The notes: generated by a model not told the origin, from the letters alone. DNA of 62,072 nucleotides from an uncultured Bifidobacteriaceae bacterium (GCA_964475285.1 CAYYWB010000002.1:1-62072), one strand, 5' to 3'. Counted from the stretch's first letter, positions 43,546 to 52,526 are shown. Numbers and translations are program-made.

Positions 43546-44829
43546 ATGAGCGACACGATCATAACTGTTTCCAATCTTGGAAAAAAATATCGCATCCGGC
43601 ATCAAGCCGGCCGGCAGTGCTACACCGCGCTTCGCGACGTGCTCGCCAGCAAGATCAAAGGCTTGTTCCAAAGTCGGGAATCGGAAATCGGAGATCGGAA
43701 ATCAGTGGAAGACTTTTGGGCGCTCAATGATGTTTCCTTTGAAGTCGGAAGGGGCGAAGTGGTGGGCATCATCGGGCGAAACGGGGCGGGCAAAAGCACT
43801 CTGCTGAAAATCTTGAGCCGGATCACCGAGCCGACCGGGGGCCGTGTCCGCATCCGGGGCCGTGTCGCGAGTCTGCTGGAAGTGGGAACGGGATTCCATC
43901 CGGAACTGACCGGGCGTGAAAACATCTTCCTGAACGGCGCAATCCTGGGGATGCGCCGGGTGGAAATCAGAAGGAAGTTTGACGAAATTGTGGCGTTTGC
44001 GGAGGTGGATCAATTTTTGGATACGCCGGTGAAACGTTACAGCAGCGGCATGTATATGCGGCTGGCGTTTGCGGTGGCTGCGCACCTGGAACCGGAAATC
44101 CTGATTGTGGACGAAGTTCTGGCCGTTGGTGACATGGAATTTCAAAAAAAATGCCTCGGCAAAATGCAGGACGTTTCAACAAAGGAGGGACGAACCGTTC
44201 TTTTTGTCAGCCATAACATGGCCGCCATCAGCCGCCTGTGCCAGACCGCCGTGCTGTTGGATAAAGGCGCCATCGCGGCGCGAGGCAATACAGGTTCCGT
44301 TGTGGCGGCGTATTTTCAATCCAATGCCGGCGATAACGCGCAATTCATTCCCGATCCGGCCAAAGCCCCTGTCGGCAATGACACCGCTTCTTTGATCGCC
44401 CTGTCCGTCAAGGGGGCGGACGGCGGCACGGGGCCAACGTTCGTCAGCAGCGCCGCCCTTAAAGTTGAAATCACCTACCGCGTCTTGAAACCGGTGCGGG
44501 TCCTGCACGTTGGCTTTGACTTGCACGGCGCGGATGGCACGATCGCGTTCAATGCCATTGACATGGATGCGGCGGAAGGCGGGGCAGACGAGCGCTCGCA
44601 TCGCCCCGGCGTTTATATGAGCGTTTGTGCAATTCCCGGGGGGTTGCTCAATCGCGGGCGGTATTCCATCACTGTTGGTTCGGACACACCCTCGGGAGTG
44701 AATTTTTACTGCGAAAATGCAGTCTATTTTTACATCGTGCCGGCTGATGGTCGCGACGCACACAGCGAAAATCGCCCCGGACTCGTATGCCCGCGCTTGT
44801 CTTGGAAAATCCGCCAGGTGTCGCTCTAA
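43546..44829 (+). CDS. polysaccharide export ABC transporter ATP-binding protein (Wzt/TagH-like) with a C-terminal substrate-binding-type domain
   Basis: Walker A GRNGAGKST, signature YSSGMYMRLAF, Walker B ILIVDEVL, and an extra ~180 aa C-terminal domain. Confidence 0.85.
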   Translation: MSDTIITVSNLGKKYRIRHQAGRQCYTALRDVLASKIKGLFQSRESEIGDRKSVEDFWALNDVSFEVGRGEVVGIIGRNGAGKSTLLKILSRITEPTGGRVRIRGRVASLLEVGTGFHPELTGRENIFLNGAILGMRRVEIRRKFDEIVAFAEVDQFLDTPVKRYSSGMYMRLAFAVAAHLEPEILIVDEVLAVGDMEFQKKCLGKMQDVSTKEGRTVLFVSHNMAAISRLCQTAVLLDKGAIAARGNTGSVVAAYFQSNAGDNAQFIPDPAKAPVGNDTASLIALSVKGADGGTGPTFVSSAALKVEITYRVLKPVRVLHVGFDLHGADGTIAFNAIDMDAAEGGADERSHRPGVYMSVCAIPGGLLNRGRYSITVGSDTPSGVNFYCENAVYFYIVPADGRDAHSENRPGLVCPRLSWKIRQVSL

Positions 44830-44846
44830 AAGACACCTTGTGCTTC

Positions 44847-44888
44847 GGGTTTCACCTGATGGCGATGTCACGTTCTCCCGATTATTCT
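44847..44888 (+). promoter_or_regulatory. bipartite promoter-like motif P8
   Basis: GGGTTTCACCTGATGGCG-N18-TATTCT. The TTG start at 44896 lies 7 nt after the hexamer. Confidence 0.6.
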
Positions 44889-44895
44889 CATCCTG

Positions 44896-45276
44896 TTGCA
44901 AATCAAAAAAAATTTCTCTGGAATCAGCAAGGTTGGATCCGCATTGGGTGCCGTGCTTCTGGCGGCGCTGACCACCGGCGTGAGTTCCGCTGATGGGCAT
45001 GGCATCGGGATGACTCTGACACCTCCCAGAGTGGTGGCGCAGGACGACTACGTTCAATATCGCATTTACTTTCTTTTCCTCGTCCTGGGAATCTGCCTGT
45101 TGGCTTCCGGTTTTGTCATGCTGAAGCATCTGCCGGATCACCAGAGGCGGGCCGGGTCGGTCGGGATTCAGCGCAGCGAATCGCAGCCCTCCTTCAAGAC
45201 CCGACGGCGAACTGCCATCGGATTGCTGGCTGGCGGAGTCTTGTTCGTTGCCGGTTGGGGCCTCCATGGATTTTGA
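44896..45276 (+). CDS. membrane protein, diverged paralog of 40791..41285
   Basis: Shares the N-terminus (..GSALGAVLLAALT.., LTPP.VVAQDDYVQY) and the promoter region with the 40791 gene. The rest differs. Confidence 0.5.
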   Translation: MQIKKNFSGISKVGSALGAVLLAALTTGVSSADGHGIGMTLTPPRVVAQDDYVQYRIYFLFLVLGICLLASGFVMLKHLPDHQRRAGSVGIQRSESQPSFKTRRRTAIGLLAGGVLFVAGWGLHGF

Positions 45277-45360
45277 AACGCCTCCCAGCTCCACAACAAT
45301 GAATCATCAAAGCCGCGGCAGATTGTGGCTGATAAAATTTTAACCGCGAAAACCAGGAAT

Positions 45361-46191
45361 ATGAATTGTTCAAACGAATCGAATCAACCAAAGAATTTTC
45401 CATCTTCCAGCGCGGATGGGAGCCTGCCGTGGAAGAGGATGCTGGACGCCGTTCTCATCCTTCCGGCCCTGCCATTTCTAATCCCGCTGGCGCTATTGAT
45501 ATCCCTCCTGATCCGGTGTGTTTCCACGGGGCCGATTTTGTTCAGGCAGGAACGTATTGGTTACATGGGCCGGCGTTTCACGTGTTATAAATTTCGGACC
45601 ATGTTTGTAAATACCAGCGCGACCACGCATCAGGGGCACCAGCATCAATTGATGATTTCGAACATTCCCATGCAAAAGATGGATGCCAATGGGGATCCGC
45701 GCATCATTCCCTTTGGTGTGTTGCTCCGGGCGTCCGGTTTGGACGAACTGCCCCAGTTGATCAACGTGCTGCGGGGCGAAATGAGCCTGGTGGGGCCGCG
45801 CCCCTGCCTGCCCTACGAATACGATCAATATCTGCCGTGGCAGAAAGAAAGGTTTCAGACCGTGCCGGGTTTGACCGGGCTCTGGCAGGTCAGCGGAAAG
45901 AACAAGACCACCTTTGTGGAAATGATTCAATTGGACATCAGGTATGCGAAAAATAAAACCCTGTGGCTGGATTTAAAAATCATCCTGCTGACGGCTCCGG
46001 TCTTGATCCTGCAACTGTTGGAAACGAGACGGGTCAGGAAATCATCTCCCCGGACGATTCATCCGAAGGCCGGTTACTTCAATGAAGTGGCGACGCCGTA
46101 TTCGTTTGCCCGGGTGCCTCTCGCCGGGTTGGTTCAGGCCAGGAATGGCGGAAATGTCCGGATGGAGAAGGAGTCGAAATTGAATTTATAA
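45361..46191 (+). CDS. polyprenyl-phosphate sugar-phosphate transferase (bacterial sugar transferase family, priming enzyme)
   Basis: PRIIPFGVLLRASGLDELPQLINVLRGEMSLVGPRP is the family signature. The start may be GTG 45325. Confidence 0.85.
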   Translation: MNCSNESNQPKNFPSSSADGSLPWKRMLDAVLILPALPFLIPLALLISLLIRCVSTGPILFRQERIGYMGRRFTCYKFRTMFVNTSATTHQGHQHQLMISNIPMQKMDANGDPRIIPFGVLLRASGLDELPQLINVLRGEMSLVGPRPCLPYEYDQYLPWQKERFQTVPGLTGLWQVSGKNKTTFVEMIQLDIRYAKNKTLWLDLKIILLTAPVLILQLLETRRVRKSSPRTIHPKAGYFNEVATPYSFARVPLAGLVQARNGGNVRMEKESKLNL

Positions 46192-46300
46192 CATGTCTAA
46201 ACGAATCAAATTCGGAGTGGTGTGATGCGGGTATCCTGGGAATTTGAGGAGATGATTGATATTGCCAGGAAACGGGGGCGGCGCTGATGGCGACAAAACC

Positions 46301-46335
46301 GGGAATGCCCTTTCCGTGAGGACAAGGGCATTCCC
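46301..46335. terminator. hairpin between convergent genes
   Basis: Perfect 11-bp stem gggaatgccct/agggcattccc with a 13-nt loop. Confidence 0.55.
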
Positions 46336-46363
46336 GCCCACTCCCTGGCGAAAATTGAAAACG

Positions 46364-46588
46364 TCAGCAACCCATTCGAGGCAACGCAAGATGCGTTGTC
46401 CCGATGTCGGATGGGAGATTGAAAACGAGGTCAAGTTCCCGTCCCGCGCTTTTTGCCAGATCGAAAGCCGCCCGGACAGCCTTCGGAAGATCTGGCTCCG
46501 AGACCGCCATCTGCAGGGTCAACGTTTTGACCGGCGCGCCCTTCCTTAAGGCGGCATCAGGTTCATTCAATTGCTTTTTTGTTTTCAT
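46364..46588 (-). CDS. hypothetical 74-aa protein
   Basis: This ORF lies downstream of the reverse reading of palindromic site P9. No family recognised. Confidence 0.3.
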   Translation of the reverse strand: MKTKKQLNEPDAALRKGAPVKTLTLQMAVSEPDLPKAVRAAFDLAKSAGRELDLVFNLPSDIGTTHLALPRMGC

Positions 46589-46661
46589 GGCATCCGGGTT
46601 TTCCGCTGTTTAACTGTTTTATGTGCAATCAGTAAAATTGTTACAAAACACGTTTCTTTTG

Positions 46662-46685
46662 CATATGGGGTGAACACCTTATATG
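46662..46685. promoter_or_regulatory. palindromic variant of box 1 (P9)
   Basis: CATATGGGGTGAACACCTTATATG is readable on both strands. It lies in a divergent intergenic region. Confidence 0.45.
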
Positions 46686-46783
46686 AAGGGAAGGTTGCCG
46701 GGGATGGATTTCCGGCAGTTGCCGCGCGCCCGCCGGCGGTCATCGCGCGGTAATCCGGATGCCGGCGTCATCAAATCTGGCAT

Positions 46784-46827
46784 AGGTAATACACCTTATG
46801 GCACCCGGCGTTAATTCCGGCTAAACT
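46784..46827 (+). promoter_or_regulatory. bipartite promoter-like motif P10
   Basis: AGGTAATACACCTTATGGCA-N18-TAAACT, preceded by AAATCTGGCAT. The ATG at 46836 lies 8 nt after the hexamer. Confidence 0.6.
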
Positions 46828-46835
46828 TGTGCATT

Positions 46836-47780
46836 ATGAAAGGACATATAACGTCGCAAGCCGGGAAGCCACGCGGCACACTGTTGCAATACTCGGCGAA
46901 TTCCATGCATCGCGTTCTCGTGGTGGAGGACGAACCGGACATCCGCCGTCTCAATGCTGAAGTGCTGGAGAGTTCCGGCTATCAGGTGGAAACCGCCGAT
47001 AATGGCGCCTCCGGCTGGAGCGCGCTCAAGGCCAGGCGCTACGACGTCCTGATCACCGACAACAATATGCCAAGGGTAACGGGTCTGGAGCTGATCAAGA
47101 AGGTGCGTTCCGAAGAGATGCCGCTCTCGGTCATTCTGGCGTCGGGAACGGTGCCGACGGAGGAGTTGAAGCAGTCTCCGTGGATGAAACTTGATGCGGT
47201 GCTGATCAAGCCCTACACAACCGAGGCGATATTGGACGCGGTGAAAAAGGTCCTGCGCAAAGCCGGTGGCCGGCAAATAATTGGAAGTTTTGATTTGCGG
47301 AAAAATGAAATCCCACCAGCCAGGGAGGCAGCCAGCGCAGCGCCCCAAAGCCGGACGAGTCCGCCCCGCCGCATTCTCGTGGTGGATGATGAACCGGACA
47401 TCCGCCGTCTCAATGCTGAAGTGCTGCAAAATTCCGGCTATCACGTTGACACTGCCGAGGACGGCAAGGCAGGCTGGGAGGCGCTCCATGCCACCCGCCA
47501 CTCTCCCGAAAGCTACGCCTTGCTGATTACCGACCACGACATGCCGGGATTGTCCGGCCTGGCCCTGATCAGGAAGGTGCGTGCCGCCCGCATGGCGCTG
47601 CCGGTTATCATTGCCACTGGAACATTTCCGACGGAGGATTTGATGACCCGGTATCCCTGGCTCCAACCCGTGGCCACGCTGGCCAAGCCCTACTCGGTCC
47701 AGCAGTTGTTGGGAACGGTGGAAACCGTTCTGCGCACAACCGACGGTGCCGGCGGGCAGACTGCGCCGCCGCCAAGCTGA
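46836..47780 (+). CDS. tandem double-receiver (REC-REC) response regulator without an output domain
   Basis: Two copies of the pattern ILVV(E/D)DEPDIRRLNAEVL...ITD(N/H)(N/D)MP...VI(L/I)A(S/T)GT. Confidence 0.85.
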   Translation: MKGHITSQAGKPRGTLLQYSANSMHRVLVVEDEPDIRRLNAEVLESSGYQVETADNGASGWSALKARRYDVLITDNNMPRVTGLELIKKVRSEEMPLSVILASGTVPTEELKQSPWMKLDAVLIKPYTTEAILDAVKKVLRKAGGRQIIGSFDLRKNEIPPAREAASAAPQSRTSPPRRILVVDDEPDIRRLNAEVLQNSGYHVDTAEDGKAGWEALHATRHSPESYALLITDHDMPGLSGLALIRKVRAARMALPVIIATGTFPTEDLMTRYPWLQPVATLAKPYSVQQLLGTVETVLRTTDGAGGQTAPPPS

Positions 47781-47879
47781 CTGTCAACGCTCACGATCGA
47801 ATGTTTGGAACGATTCATTCCGTGCAAATTCAGCGCGCGTCCGGGAATCAAAACGCAATGCCAATGGAACAACTCTGAA

Positions 47880-48164
47880 ATGAAAATTAAAAACATAAAC
47901 GGAAACCCGGACAACGCATCCGCTGGCGGCTCCTGGATGGAACATTGGGAGAAGTTGAGCGGCCAAAAAACCACCTTTTGCCTGGCCGTTGGGTGCGTCG
48001 GAAAAGATCTGGCCGGGGCGCACGTCCAGAAGGCCGACGCGCGGGATGACAATTGGTATATTTACCCACTTTGCATTTCCCATAACGAAAGAGCGAAGGA
48101 ATTGGAAGTGTCCGATGCCTACAAACTGGTGCCGGTGAACATGGCGGAATCGCGCGAAAAGTGA
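47880..48164 (+). CDS. small Cys/His-rich protein of unknown function
   Basis: 94 aa. The FCLAVGCVGKDLAGAHV...WYIYPLCISHN pattern suggests a zinc or His-Me-finger-like site. Somewhat AT-richer than its neighbours. Confidence 0.5.
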   Translation: MKIKNINGNPDNASAGGSWMEHWEKLSGQKTTFCLAVGCVGKDLAGAHVQKADARDDNWYIYPLCISHNERAKELEVSDAYKLVPVNMAESREK

Positions 48165-48210
48165 AGCCGCAGCCACGCCAGGACGGCAAAGCGGGCCGGA
48201 AATCCGGCAT

Positions 48211-48254
48211 GGGTAAAACACCGCATAGCGCCACGGAACATGCCGGCTTACTTT
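48211..48254 (+). promoter_or_regulatory. bipartite promoter-like motif P11
   Basis: GGGTAAAACACCGCATAGCG-N18-TACTTT, preceded by AAATCCGGCAT. The ATG at 48262 lies 7 nt after the hexamer. Confidence 0.6.
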
Positions 48255-48261
48255 TTGTGAA

Positions 48262-48774
48262 ATGAGGAAACATGAGATTTTGAAAGAAGGCGAAGCTGTC
48301 AGCGCGTCACTCCAATGCCGGACGAACGCGCCCCGCCGCATTCTCGTGGTGGAGGACGAACCGGACATCCGCCTGATCAACGCCGTCGTGCTGCATCGCG
48401 CCGGCTACCATGTTGACACCGCCGAGGACGGCAGGGCGGGATGGCACACCTTGAGTCACGCCCCGGACAGCTATGCGCTCCTGATTACCGACCACAATAT
48501 GCCGGGATTGACGGGTCTGGCCCTCGTCAAAAAGCTGCGTGAGGCGCGCATGATCCTGCCGGTCATCATGGCCACGGGAGCACTGCCAGAGGAGGACTTG
48601 TTCGACCTGTATCCCTGGCTCCAACCCGCCGTTGCGCTGCTCAAGCCATATTCCGTCGGGCAGTTGCTGGGGACGGTGGAAAAAGTCCTGCGCGCGGCTG
48701 TCATTCCCGACGAGGAATTTGCGCCGCCGCCCAACTGGCAGGGCCAGCCAATACCGGATGGTTTGCAGCCATGA
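48262..48774 (+). CDS. single-domain response regulator (REC only), paralog of the second REC of 46836..47780
   Basis: RRILVVEDEPDIRLINAVVL...LLITDHNMPGLTG...PVIMATGALPEEDL. Confidence 0.85.
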   Translation: MRKHEILKEGEAVSASLQCRTNAPRRILVVEDEPDIRLINAVVLHRAGYHVDTAEDGRAGWHTLSHAPDSYALLITDHNMPGLTGLALVKKLREARMILPVIMATGALPEEDLFDLYPWLQPAVALLKPYSVGQLLGTVEKVLRAAVIPDEEFAPPPNWQGQPIPDGLQP

Positions 48775-48859
48775 TGATTCCAGTCCCCGCTCCAGCGTCC
48801 GGTCAAGGTTCCTCCGGCTTGGATGCTGGTGCGGGGCTGGATTCATTAAATTCACGTTA

Positions 48860-48901
48860 GGGTAACACCCCATGGCGTCCGTTTGCGCTCCGGCTTAAGC
48901 T
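48860..48901 (+). promoter_or_regulatory. bipartite promoter-like motif P12
   Basis: GGGTAACACCCCATGGCG-N18-TAAGCT, upstream of the small membrane protein gene and the PAS kinase operon. Confidence 0.6.
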
Positions 48902-48945
48902 TCAGGCATGATTCATAAAACACTCAGCCCAATGGGAGCCAATAT

Positions 48946-49143
48946 ATGCCACTGATATCCGTCATCGTCACCCTGATTGTCGTCGGCGTGCTGCTCTGGC
49001 TGGTCAACACCTACATCCCGATGGACGGGAAGATCAAAAAAATCCTCAACGCGGTCGTGGTGATTTGCGTCGTCATGTGGCTGTTGTTTGCCTTCGGCAT
49101 CATCAATCACGCGGGCGACATCCACATCACACAGGCCCGATGA
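48946..49143 (+). CDS. small two-helix membrane protein (Thivi_2564-like family, tentative)
   Basis: MPLISVIVTLIVVGVLLWLVNTYIPMDGKIKKILNAVVVICVVMWLL pattern. Confidence 0.6.
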   Translation: MPLISVIVTLIVVGVLLWLVNTYIPMDGKIKKILNAVVVICVVMWLLFAFGIINHAGDIHITQAR

Positions 49144-49234
49144 CCGGCCAATGCCCGACAAGTGACATTGTCGCGTTCTGCTCCTGTTTGCGGAAGGTGT
49201 GCATGGGCCTTGGCAACAGGGGCGAACTCCCTCA

Positions 49235-50404
49235 ATGAACAAAACTTCCCGCTTAAACAAATATATGAACCCTCCAAAGATAATCCTGGATCGCACCAAA
49301 GAAAAACACCGTTCGGCGGATTACGCGTTGAAGGTTTCCGAACAGCGCTATCGCCGGCTGTTTGAAACCGCGCAGGACGGAATCCTGATTCTCAATGCGG
49401 ACAACGGGCAGATTGATGATGTCAATCCGTTCCTGACGGACATGCTGGGCTATTCCCGCAAGCAGTTGCTGGGAAACAAACTCTGGGAGATAGGCCCTTT
49501 CAAGGATGTCGAGGCGTCCAAGGCGGAGTTCAGGCAGTTGCAGCGTGAAGCCTATGTCCGCTACGAAGACCTGCCGCTGGAAACCCGGGACGGCCGGGCC
49601 ATCAATGTGGAATTTGTCAGCAACATCTACCACGTCAACGGCGACCGGGTGGTGCAATGCAACATCCGCGACATCACGAAACGCCGCCGCGCGGAGGAAA
49701 AACTCAAGGAATACAGCCGCAAGCTTCGGGAGGTTTCCCGCCGGCTGGTGGAGGCGCAGGAGACCGAACGCCGGAACATCGCGCGCGAACTCCACGATGA
49801 AATCGGCCAGGCGCTCACGGTCATTCAATTGAATTTGCAGGCGATGTTGCAATCGCCCGGCACGAAAGTTTTGTCGCCGCGCCTGAAGGAGAGCCTTGAG
49901 GTGGTTGACCGTGTGCTGGAACAGGTGCATGACATTTCGCTGAATTTGCGCCCGTTGATTCTTGATGATCTGGGATTGGAACCGGCCTTGCGCTGGTTCA
50001 CCAACCGGCAGGCGACGCTCGTCGGGCTTCGGGCGGGATTTAATGCCGACCTGTTGAAGCGAAGGCTGAATTCGGTGATTGAAACCGAGTGTTTCCGCGT
50101 GGCACAGGAAGCCTTGACGAACGTGGTGCGCCATGCCCGGGCGAAAACCGTGACCGTGGAATTGCGCAAGGAAGCCGGCCAGCTCCACTTGCGCGTGCGT
50201 GACGACGGAGTTGGATTTGATGTGGGTGCCGTCCGGGAACGGGCCATGCACGGCGCCAGTCTGGGTCTGTTAAGCATGGAAGAGCGGGCGGCGCTGGCCG
50301 GCGGCGGGCTGGAATTCAGGTCCGCTCCGAATAAGGGCACCGAAGTTCATGCCTGGTTTCCGTTGAAATGGAAGACGCCGCCTTCGGAACCCAAAAAACC
50401 GTGA
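49235..50404 (+). CDS. PAS-domain HisKA_3-type sensor histidine kinase
   Basis: PAS ([17 protein letters not shown]...), H-box ETERRNIARELHDEIGQAL, and HATPase motifs EALTNVVRHA, VRDDGVGF and GLLSMEERAALAGG. The start is uncertain (GTG 49199, ATG 49235 or 49265). Confidence 0.85.
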   Translation: MNKTSRLNKYMNPPKIILDRTKEKHRSADYALKVSEQRYRRLFETAQDGILILNADNGQIDDVNPFLTDMLGYSRKQLLGNKLWEIGPFKDVEASKAEFRQLQREAYVRYEDLPLETRDGRAINVEFVSNIYHVNGDRVVQCNIRDITKRRRAEEKLKEYSRKLREVSRRLVEAQETERRNIARELHDEIGQALTVIQLNLQAMLQSPGTKVLSPRLKESLEVVDRVLEQVHDISLNLRPLILDDLGLEPALRWFTNRQATLVGLRAGFNADLLKRRLNSVIETECFRVAQEALTNVVRHARAKTVTVELRKEAGQLHLRVRDDGVGFDVGAVRERAMHGASLGLLSMEERAALAGGGLEFRSAPNKGTEVHAWFPLKWKTPPSEPKKP

Positions 50405-51081
50405 ACCAATCCGCCAAGAAAATTAACGTCATTCTCGCGGATGACCACACGCTGGTGCGCGCGGGCATTCGCGCCCTGCTGGAAAGGTTGCCGGGAGTGA
50501 AAGTGACCGGCGAGGCCGGCGACGGCCGCGAAGTTCTGAATCTGGTCAAGGCGCAACGCCCGGATGTGGTTTTGATGGACATCGCCATGCCCGGTCTGAA
50601 CGGCCTGGAAGCGGCGGAGCGGATGGCGCGGGATTATCCGAAAGTCCGGATCATCATGCTCTCCATGCACAACAACGAGGAGTATGTCTTGCGCGCCATC
50701 AAGTCGGGCGCTTCCGGCTACCTGCTCAAGAAGGCGGCGACGGCCGAACTGGAAACGGCCCTGCACCGGGTGGTTGACGGGGAAGTTTATCTAAGCAAGG
50801 AAATCTCCATGCAGCTTCATCGGGAGTTCCCATTGCAGGGAATCGCCGCCCGGAAAGGCCCGTTCGAACAATTGACGGGACGGCAGCGCGAAGTCCTTCA
50901 GCTCATCGCCGAAGGCCAGAACACCAAGCAAATCGGCGAGACCTTGAAAGTCAGCCCCAAGACCGTCGAATACCACCGCATGAAATTGATGAATTGCCTG
51001 AATGTGCATGACATACCGGGTCTGGTGCGCTTCGCCTTGCGGGTCGGTTTGATTCCGGAGGAAAAGCTCGCCGCAAACTAG
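50401..51081 (+). CDS. NarL/FixJ-family response regulator
   Basis: GTG start in a GTGA overlap with the kinase stop. INVILADDH...VVLMDIAMPGLNG receiver, and LTGRQREVLQLIAEGQNTKQIGETLKVSPKTVEYHR HTH. Confidence 0.9.
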   Translation: MNQSAKKINVILADDHTLVRAGIRALLERLPGVKVTGEAGDGREVLNLVKAQRPDVVLMDIAMPGLNGLEAAERMARDYPKVRIIMLSMHNNEEYVLRAIKSGASGYLLKKAATAELETALHRVVDGEVYLSKEISMQLHREFPLQGIAARKGPFEQLTGRQREVLQLIAEGQNTKQIGETLKVSPKTVEYHRMKLMNCLNVHDIPGLVRFALRVGLIPEEKLAAN

Positions 51082-51291
51082 AGGCTCGCGAAATATTCCG
51101 CTAGTCGGCATGGCGCTTGCATGGCTTCTGTCGTCCGGCCATGGCCGGCGAGTGAAGAGAAAGCCGTGTGCCGGACAGCAACTGCCTCCATGTTCGGATT
51201 CTTTGCCGGATCGGCACGACAAACTGTGTTTTCCCGGCAAACTTTATTTTGAGTTTCTTCATTTTCTTCTCACGGGTGGAATTCTTTCGGG

Positions 51292-51825
51292 TCAACCTTG
51301 CGTGCGATAAAAGCGGTGAGGGTAACTCGCCGCGTTCGTGTCGGTAAAATTCATTGAGCCGCCGGCCCCCAGCGTCACGGTGCCGATGATTGTCCATGTC
51401 TTGAAATCCTGCGTCGCCTGGATTTGATACGTGTGGCCGATCAAGCCCGACACCGTCAGAACAAACTGTTTCGCGGAGGCCGTATGAATCCGGACGGTTT
51501 GAACCCCCGGCACGAAACTGACCTGGTTTGAGACAGGACTTTCCTGTCCGCCCGCAGCGACGGCGGTGACGGCGAAGTAATAGGTGTCACCGCTCGCCAG
51601 GCCTGAAACAGTATTCGTCGTCACGTTTCCAACCAAGACGCTGTTCGTATAATTTCCGCTCGCCGGACCATAATAAACGCGGTAGCCGGTGACGTTGGAG
51701 CTGGAGCTGGGTTGCCATGCCAGGGTCACGCTGTATGAGCTTGGAAGAGTCGCGCCGAGAACCGGCATGGGATTGTGGAGCAGGACAAGCAACAAGATTC
51801 CAGCCAGAACCCTTGTCTGTCCCAT
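51292..51825 (-). CDS. secreted fibronectin type III domain protein
   Basis: Signal peptide MGQTRVLAGILLLVLL, and an FN3 pattern YSVTLAWQPSSSSNVTGYRVYYG...DTYYFAVTAV. The start could be 51897. Confidence 0.65.
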   Translation of the reverse strand: MGQTRVLAGILLLVLLHNPMPVLGATLPSSYSVTLAWQPSSSSNVTGYRVYYGPASGNYTNSVLVGNVTTNTVSGLASGDTYYFAVTAVAAGGQESPVSNQVSFVPGVQTVRIHTASAKQFVLTVSGLIGHTYQIQATQDFKTWTIIGTVTLGAGGSMNFTDTNAASYPHRFYRTQG

Positions 51826-52010
51826 GATTCGCGAAGGCCGGCCGAAAATCCCGCTGGCGCGCTTCGCCTTTTGTTCGAGGATGATTCTCATAACCATCCT
51901 TACCTCCCGCCGGGCGCAGCCGCGACTAGGGTGTTCCTTGCCGCCACTGGGAAAATCCTTGCCGCCGGATTGGACGCGTGTGACCGGGGCTGGACTCGCC
52001 AATGCGGCAT

Positions 52011-52055
52011 GGGTAAAATACCGGATGGCGGACGCGCCGTGCGCGGGTGTAATTT
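52011..52055 (+). promoter_or_regulatory. bipartite promoter-like motif P13
   Basis: GGGTAAAATACCGGATGGCG-N19-TAATTT, preceded by CAATGCGGCAT. The ATG at 52062 lies 6 nt after the hexamer. Confidence 0.55.
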
Positions 52056-52061
52056 GCGGCC

Positions 52062-52328
52062 ATGAAATCCACCGTTTTGTCTCGAAATAATAATTCAGCC
52101 CGCATCCAACCGTCCGTGCCGGCTGCATCATCCAACCAACACCCGACCGCCGCCGATCCATCGCGGGCCGGGGTCGCCAGAAGCGCATGCACCGTCCAGC
52201 TTGCGCAGGGCGCGTCGTCTGTTTCCATGAAGCTGATCACGGAACGGTCCGGCATCACCGCGCCGGTGTTCCGGGAAATCCGCGATGAGCGTTACGAATC
52301 CTACGCTCACGGCGGATTGAACGATTGA
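52062..52328 (+). CDS. hypothetical 88-aa protein
   Basis: Supported mainly by its position directly behind P13, the same geometry as other genes in the island. No family recognised. Confidence 0.35.
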   Translation: MKSTVLSRNNNSARIQPSVPAASSNQHPTAADPSRAGVARSACTVQLAQGASSVSMKLITERSGITAPVFREIRDERYESYAHGGLND

Positions 52329-52403
52329 CCGGGCAGGTTGCGGTGTCCGCGCCGGAAGTCGTCGTGCGGCAGCCCGCGCGCCGGAATCATCCAAATCCGG
52401 CAT

Positions 52404-52423
52404 TAGTAGAACACCCCATGGCG
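52404..52423 (+). promoter_or_regulatory. box 1 of the motif, site P14
   Basis: TAGTAGAACACCCCATGGCG preceded by AAATCCGGCAT. The downstream hexamer is unclear (CATGAT at N19). About 100 nt before the hybrid kinase start. Confidence 0.45.
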
Positions 52424-52526
52424 GCCATGCATTATTTCTGCGCATGATTGCGCCATAACTTCCCAAAGGCTGTAGGTTTTCGCGGACCAAACCTTGCGGG
52501 GAAAATGAAATGGCGGTGACAGCATC

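Noticed and set aside
46364-46588. Idea that the 74-aa ORF is an antitoxin of a TA pair
   Set aside because: There is no adjacent partner ORF and no recognisable antitoxin motif. It is kept only as a low-confidence hypothetical protein.
46773-46800. Possible sigma-54 promoter reading (TGGCAT...) of the extended motif sites
   Set aside because: A GG at -24 is present, but no TTGC/GC element lies at the required 5-nt spacing (TGGCAT-AGGTA-ATAC). The conserved TAnnnT at N18 fits a -10-type architecture instead.
51921-51939. Degenerate reverse-strand box (AAGGAACACCCTAGTCGCG) upstream of the FN3 gene
   Set aside because: The core is only partly conserved and the hexamer spacing is off (TAAGGA at N20, overlapping an ATG). 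It is noted as a possible weak site but not counted.
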